Positions 57,863-64,000 of a stretch of DNA of 64,000 nucleotides are shown one piece after another; the stretch's first letter is position 1, and every line of letters begins with the position of its first letter. The DNA is from Leidyana gryllorum EB-2025a. Taxonomy: Eukaryota; Protista; Apicomplexa. The DNA lies in assembly GCA_048772705.1 (NCBI GenBank), contig JBLWGC010000033.1:186001-250000 (forward strand), read 5' to 3'. A program made the position numbers and the translations under genes. The notes beneath the pieces were generated by a model. That model saw only the letters and a program-made list of their open reading frames with translations. It searched no databases and was not told where the DNA came from.

Positions 57863-59390
57863 ATGGATTGGTCTGTGGTATCCAATTCGGTGCTCGTTGG
57901 TCGCTACAGTGGAGCTGACGGGGAGAACAACACACCCTCTTCTTCTCCCAAAAGGGCACTCGCTGCCTTCGATCTCGATGGCACTATCATAGCTCCCCGA
58001 AGTGGGAAAAGGTTTCCTGTCGACAGCGACGATTGGAAATTCATCTCGGGAGGAATCAAAAACATTCAAGCGACCCTCAATAAACATATCGAAGCGGGAC
58101 GGCAGCTCGCAATTATCAGCAATCAGAAATACGTACCCTCAGCCAAGACAGATCTTGACCAACACTTACGCAATCTCAAGCGCAAACTCGAACCGATCCT
58201 CAGTCAGAGTGAGCAATGAGGTGCAACCCACCCTCCAAAAGCCATTCGTGCCGCAGTCGACCTCCCACTCGTCATCGTCTGCTCCCTCAAAGATGATATC
58301 AACCGCAAACCTCGTAAGACTGGCTCCCGAGACAACACACACACACACATACTCACCGCTCATGTCAGGGCCCGGAATGGCGAGAATATTGGAAACAATA
58401 CTGCAGGTTTCCATTGCCCCGGAAGAGTCAAACTATGTGGGTGATGCGGCCGGGAGACAGGGCGACCACAGTATCTGCGACTATCAATTCGCTTTGAATA
58501 TGGGGTGGCGTTTCCTCACTCCCGAGATGGCCTTTCTCAAAAGTCCCTTCATTGTCTCCAAGGCTCCTTCGCTCCGACTACCGGAGATTCACTTCGATCC
58601 ACGAAAGCTGGATCGTGACGATCTCCCTTTCATTCAAGACCTGCCCCCCATAGCAGCCCTGAGAGAGCAATCCAATGCCGGGACTCGGCCGACGTGTGAG
58701 TGTTGGAAACGCATAGCGAGTAACAATGGTTGTTGCAGGTGTCATCATTGTAGGGCCCCCTGGCGCTGGAAAGTCGTTTCTGGCGAAGAAAATGATTGAC
58801 AAGGCGACTTGGATAAATCAAGATACTCTCAAGACAAAAGCAGCTGTGATGAAAGCTTTCAAAGCTGCGATAGCCAACGGCGAATCCGTCGTTATTGACC
58901 GACAGAACTACGTGGCGAAAGATCGGGCCGAGTTTCTATCACTGGTGACCAAACACCGGAAAGTGTGTGTCTTCTTCAATGTGCCGAAAGCCTATGCCGA
59001 ACACTGTAACACTTTCCGAATGGTGAGTCAGTTGGCTAATGGGCAAATTGAGCGAGCGATCATTATGGATCAGTTGGCGCCGTATGTGGAAGAACACAGG
59101 CGTGAAGCTGTGCCGCCCATGGTGATACACACATATTACAAAAATCTGCAGGCGCCCAATGTAAGTCGTCCTAAAATGTCTGCTGCGTTTCATTGTCATT
59201 GACGTTGGCGTCTGCGGCGGGTTCTGCTTTTTCACTGTGCTTTGATCGACAGGACACCGAGGGTTTCGATGAACTAATCACTATCGATTTGCGCAAGTTT
59301 GTTCCTGGCCCTTTTATATCCATTGAAGACAGGAAGCTTTTCTGTTCCTTCCTGCGGTACAAATGTTCCACGAGCGACTCTCAATATTAG
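57863..59390 (+). CDS. PNKP: Bifunctional polynucleotide 3'-phosphatase / 5'-kinase, multi-exon
   Basis: HAD motif AAFDLDGT, SNQ, RKP, YVGDAAGR, FLTPE; P-loop GPPGAGKS, NQDTL. Confidence 0.92.
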
Positions 59391-59505
59391 CGATCCTCCC
59401 GCTTGAAGCAATTGAGCTTGCGTGTGAAAAGGTCCCTAATGTAACCACCGACAGAGCGACGTTGATTGACAGAAGAATGCCCCCTGGCAGAAAAGTGACA
59501 TTAGT

Positions 59506-62124
59506 CTATCCGAACATCTTTCCATACATTCTCTTAGCTTTCTCATTCTCAGCTTTAATGGCACGTTCGACGCGCTCCATACACTGCCACACACAAAGAT
59601 AGATGTGGATTTCGAGTGACTATTTACCTTAAGAACAGCGGGATCTGGGGGGGACTGACTAGCTATAACCTTCGCCAGATCCTTCTTGGCGGCTTCCATA
59701 TCCTTGAGTCTCTCGTAGGCTTGACCTCTTCGGAACAAACCTTTATGGTTTTCCGGGCTGAAGAGGTGGAGGCGGTGTTTGGACTTCTGGAAGGCTTTTG
59801 AGTAACTTACTCTATTTCCAGAGCCGAAGTGCAGGATTGTACGGCTTTTTGGGCTGTGGCGGCGCTGCCTTCTTTCAGATACGTCTGTGCCATGTTCAGA
59901 TGGCACGCCAGCATCAAGGCGTTCTTCTCCTCCGTCTCGGCTGGGCTGCAGTCGAACATCTTGGATAAGTGTCCGATCGCCTTGAGGTATCGTTGAATAG
60001 CCATTGCCAATGTTCCACCCTTCAGCAGCTCGTTACCCTCGTCTTTGTTCTTCCGAGCCAGTTGGAGCCGTTGGGAATTCGGCAAGTGCCGGTTGTCGTG
60101 ATCGTCCTTCTCTTTCCCCGCATTCTCAGCCTCCACGCGGGCGGCATTCTCCTCCAACTTGAGGTCACTCGCGGCCTTCGCAGCCGCCAACGCCTCGTAG
60201 TGAGCAGCGCAGTGTGTGTGAGCCTCTTCATCGAGTTTGCGGAGCTCTTCCTGGAACTTTTCGATGGGACATTTGGCGTCCTCGGCACTGTAAAACCATT
60301 CACTCGCAGTCTCCACGGCGCCTCGGAGATTCTGTGATCCGGTCACATTGTCTCGGATGAGTGCCTCCAACTCCATTATTTTGGCCTCCAACTTGTTCTT
60401 TGCCTCTAACCGTTTGTGTTCGGCCTCTTCGATCTCCCGCATCTCCCGTTCAGTCGCCATATGACTGCGGCGCTCATCGTCACTCGACCACGTCTCGCAA
60501 CTCGAGGGCACCTTGAACACTCCCTCCAGTTTGGGGATCATACCTCCGGCCAAAGCCGTGCAGCCGACCGCTGGGGCGGCGGTTCCATCGAGAGTGCGAC
60601 GCAGCACTGTGGCTGTCTCGGTTGGTGGCGGGCTGGTCGAGGGGTCTGCGAGGACTGCAGTGGGCTTTGCGAGTTTGGGTTGGGATTTGAGCTGTTGAGT
60701 CAGTGTCTCTACGACGACTGGGATGCGGCTGCCTCCTCCCACAATCTCACAGCCCAGATAGACGCCGTTGTCGTTGGTAACGCATTCGTTGCACTGCTCG
60801 ACGCACCCTTTGAGCCATTCGGTGAGTCTGGCCAGGAGGGGGGTGGCGAGACAGCGTTCGAACTCCTCGCGTCGGACTTCGAACTGAACGTCATTGCCGT
60901 CTTCGTTGCCGAGATTCGCGCTGTAAACTGCAGTGTTGAGACCGCCCAACTCTCTCATAACTTTCTGAGCCGTGGTGAGGTGACGATTCCAGATTCTCCG
61001 CTGACGTTTAGTCTGATTCTCCGATTCAATGGCCGATGTGAACGGACTCCCGATGGTGGAGTCCTTTTCCATCGCCTTCTTCTCGAGCATCAGAGCCAAG
61101 GCTTTGAGCATATCGTACACACCGATATCGAGAGTGTTGCGTCCTTTGATCTTAAGTTCAAAGTGGTGCACCGAGAAAGAGTCGCTCTCCAATACACTGG
61201 CAGCGTCCAGCGGGCGCGCCTCCAGAACGGCAAAGGAGGTCTCGCTGAAACCGCAGTTGAAGAAAGCCACGTAGAGAGTGGGAGCTGTGGTCGAGTCTTG
61301 AGGCAGCTGTCGTTTGAGTTGAGAGTAAATATCAACGAGATGTTTTACGACCCAACAGCCCACAATCGCAGTCATTTGCCCACAATAGAATGCGGTGTCG
61401 GCCTTTAGGGCGCCTGTGCGACACGCTTTGCTGATAACTTTCCCCACTCTATCGCCGTTGCTCATCACGGAGTCGGGGAAGGCCACACAAAACCGGCCGC
61501 TCGCGACCTCCAGAATGTCTTCGGGGTCAGTCAACTTGTGACGGCGTCCCTCAGCAGCAAACCCGGCCAAACGCCGCAAGTAGAAGGCGATCAGCTGCGA
61601 GGGTTTGAGTGTGTATTGCTGCTCAGCAAAAGTAACCTTAACAGTGGAGGTGTCAGAGTCGTCACCCATTTCTGGGGCACTGAATGGCACAGCCGTCGGC
61701 ATATAGGGACTGAACCGTTTGTACAAATCATCGCCCTTAAACTTCTCTGGGTCCGTCTCGAGAAGAAGCAGCAAAGGCAGAATTGGAAAACACGTCTCCG
61801 GAGAATTCAGGAGAGTATTCTGTGCCACATCACCGATAAGCCGCAGAGAGTCACAGAACGAAATAGTGGAAGGAGTCGAGCGGCTGGATAAATCATTTGG
61901 CTCCAACTCAATAACAGAGGACCCCACACCCGCTGAACACACAGTCGAGTGGTAGCTCCCTACATTGATACCGCCATAGAAGCGGACGCGAACTGTTCAG
62001 ACAGAGAGATACAATGTCGAATTGACGATCTTTGACACAACTTACCATCGGAAGTCTCATCCGGGACTTCGGGCGAAGGAATACCAAAGTCCGTAGACGC
62101 ACTGGCCGAGGCCGAAGCTGACAT
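59506..62124 (-). CDS. Hsp110/Hsp70-like NBD fused to an immunophilin-type TPR domain, 4 exons
   Basis: GINVGSYHS, NDLSSRSTPSTISF, EIVGGGSRIP, RTLDGTAAPAVGC, EAKNKLE; TPR KDEGNELLK...HLNMAQTYLK...KGLFRRGQA; tail YGKMFG. Confidence 0.85.
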
Positions 62125-62186
62125 GATGAGAGGTTAAGTAGGAATGAAAATTTTATAAACACCTCAAGGAAGAGTATATTGTGAGA

Positions 62187-63068
62187 CTAATGACGCTTTG
62201 ATGGTCGTGAATTCAATCGCTGTTGACCTTTCTTCTTCATTGTCGCCGCTTTCGGCTTTGCCCGGCCCACTTTCTTTGGCTTCTCTGTCTTTGACTGTTT
62301 ATTTATCTTGTTGGGCGGCTGGGCGGCTTTCTTCTTTGCCTTCAGGGAGCCGACTACGGGCTTCCGCATGAAAGATCCGGGCTCGTCGTCCTCGTCGTCG
62401 TCGTCTTCTATATCACCCATTCTGTCTCCGACTAACTCGACTGGATGTGAGCTTATGAGGGTATTTAGATCGTGCATCTCTTGTCCAATCTGGTGGACAA
62501 CACCGCCTTTGCCTTTCGTGGCCTTAGCTTTGCTTTTAGCCCCACTCTTAGTTTTCGTTACCCTTTCCGTACCATCTCTCAGTGAAACACTATCTGGGGC
62601 CCCACCACTAGACGCTTCCTCAGCAGCTGCAGCTTGGGGGGCGACTGGAGGCTCAGATTCAGGAACTGCTTCAACGCTCCCGGAAGCCTTGCCCTGCTCC
62701 TTTAACAGCTCTTCCAAGGCTTTCCTGGCGAGCTCCTTAGCCGAGTTGGCCTTTTCGGGCCGAGCAGCCGTGATTTTCCGCTTGGCTTCCTTCTTGGCAA
62801 CCAGAACTTCTTTAGTGGTGTCAATGATGTCAGACGTCTTGAGGGGTTCCACAAATGCGTCTCCCTTAGCTATGGCGGCCTTCTTCTTCTTCTCCGTCAC
62901 AGACTTGGTGATCAGATGGGGATCGTCATTGAGAGCACCCTTCTTCCCAGGCTTGCGTGTCGACTCCAGCTGCTGCCAGCGGCGAATCTGAGAGTCAGCG
63001 TCCCGACTGGGAGCCGACTTTTTCTTGGAAGAGCGACGTGGGATAGACCGGCGCCCAGACTTGGCCAT
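62187..63068 (-). CDS. Lys/Ala-rich low-complexity, probably nuclear/nucleolar protein
   Basis: ATG 63068 (MAKSGRRS), preceded by T7; highly basic termini. Confidence 0.7.
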   Translation of the reverse strand: MAKSGRRSIPRRSSKKKSAPSRDADSQIRRWQQLESTRKPGKKGALNDDPHLITKSVTEKKKKAAIAKGDAFVEPLKTSDIIDTTKEVLVAKKEAKRKITAARPEKANSAKELARKALEELLKEQGKASGSVEAVPESEPPVAPQAAAAEEASSGGAPDSVSLRDGTERVTKTKSGAKSKAKATKGKGGVVHQIGQEMHDLNTLISSHPVELVGDRMGDIEDDDDEDDEPGSFMRKPVVGSLKAKKKAAQPPNKINKQSKTEKPKKVGRAKPKAATMKKKGQQRLNSRPSKRH

Positions 63069-63095
63069 CTTTAGCCCAAAAAAACCACCAACAAT

Positions 63096-64000
63096 ATGCA
63101 CCCTTGGCCCACCATCGAACAGGTGTGGAGCCATGTGCGCGACCACCGGCATCGAGGCGTGGTGGTTATCATTGATGATAACAACATCGAAGCTCGTGAC
63201 AGCGCCATTAGTGCGTTAGTTACGGAATTACGGCGGCACACACACGAGGATATCGCTAATCTACAACAACAAGAGTCAAGTTTACAACCACAACGCAAGG
63301 TCGCTACCGAAACCCTACACACCTTCTCGCCACGTGAAAGTAAGCATTGACGTGAGCTCCCAGACACTCATTTATCTCATCAGAATACCGACGAACACGA
63401 CCAAAGTGGCTGGTCAGGGGCGATGCCAGTATTCCATATTCCCATACGGGCCAAGTATTGGGCCGCACCTTTGGTATTGCAGTTATGGAGGATCTCGATT
63501 CATTGACACCGAACGCGTTCTGTCAAATCGTCGAAACCGTTGCGGGCAGAGGGCTCATTCTACTCTGCGTCGATAAGTGGGAGCCATTCACTCTGTGCGG
63601 TGGGGTAATGGGGAGTCATTTGTGCGGAAAGCCTCGCTGCTTATATACACAACGACTGCTGCAAACGCTCACCCGCAGGAAGAAGAACCCCTGCTTCACT
63701 ATACTGAATGCCACCGAGATCCCAGGGGCAGGTTTCACCTTGGGACCCCAAGATGATGACTCTGTGGCAAAATTGCCCACAGAGGCACCATCGGTTCCGA
63801 TCCCCATTGCATCTGATCAGAGAACGCGACCCCCAAACACCAAAACTACCCTCCAAGACCTGTGCATCACCTCCGATCAGCAGAATGGCCTTCAAGCTGC
63901 CTCACAATGGCTGTCGGCAACGGCTTCTAATATATCCCAAGCGACAACACCCTCCAGCGTCCTCGCCCTCACAGCACCACGTGGCCGAGGAAAGTCGGCC
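63096..64000 (+). CDS. NAT10: RNA cytidine acetyltransferase NAT10/Kre33 (5' part; runs off window end)
   Basis: After intron 63340-63383 the frame reads VLGRTFGIAVMEDLDSLTPNAFCQIVETVAGRGLILL and ends with the P-loop LTAPRGRGKSA. Confidence 0.9.

Noticed and set aside
63641-63895. Minus-strand ORF starting KAILLIGG, like a nucleotidyltransferase
   Set aside because: It lacks the GTRxRP continuation and lies antisense to a clear NAT10 frame.
658-64000. Fragmented ORFs suggesting frameshifts, pseudogenes or an alternative genetic code
   Set aside because: Every break I examined is resolved by a canonical GT-AG intron in the correct phase.

Overview
This is eukaryotic, very gene-dense DNA with short GT-AG introns (mostly about 40-55 nt). 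An ApiAP2 factor, a 6PGL-G6PD (GluPho) fusion, a PAN/Apple-type secreted protein and expanded integrin-beta-like vWA/mucin genes point to an apicomplexan, most plausibly a gregarine (inference). I can reconstruct about 36 protein genes by hand-splicing. Recognisable ones include GluPho, ApiAP2, IMP4, a CCCH protein, RPS20, Sir2, TAF5, SLBP, a DDX49/DBP8-like helicase, SEC14, NAP1, a cyclin, CysRS, RPS3, PNKP, an Hsp110-TPR fusion and NAT10 (partial). No tRNA, rRNA, CRISPR array or transposase was found. Main observations: (1) operon-like packing, with co-directional genes 1 nt apart or overlapping as TGATG and head-to-head ATGs only 18-35 nt apart, plus A/T tracts and a recurrent CACACGTGTG palindrome in the gaps; (2) an intronless tandem trio of an unrecognised ~520-aa family in a repeat-rich island; (3) four secreted vWA-mucin proteins sharing an unrecognised Cys + beta-strand C-terminal module; (4) two distant coiled-coil genes sharing three non-coil motifs, suggesting a hidden filament-protein family. 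All family assignments come from recalled motifs; no database search was run.
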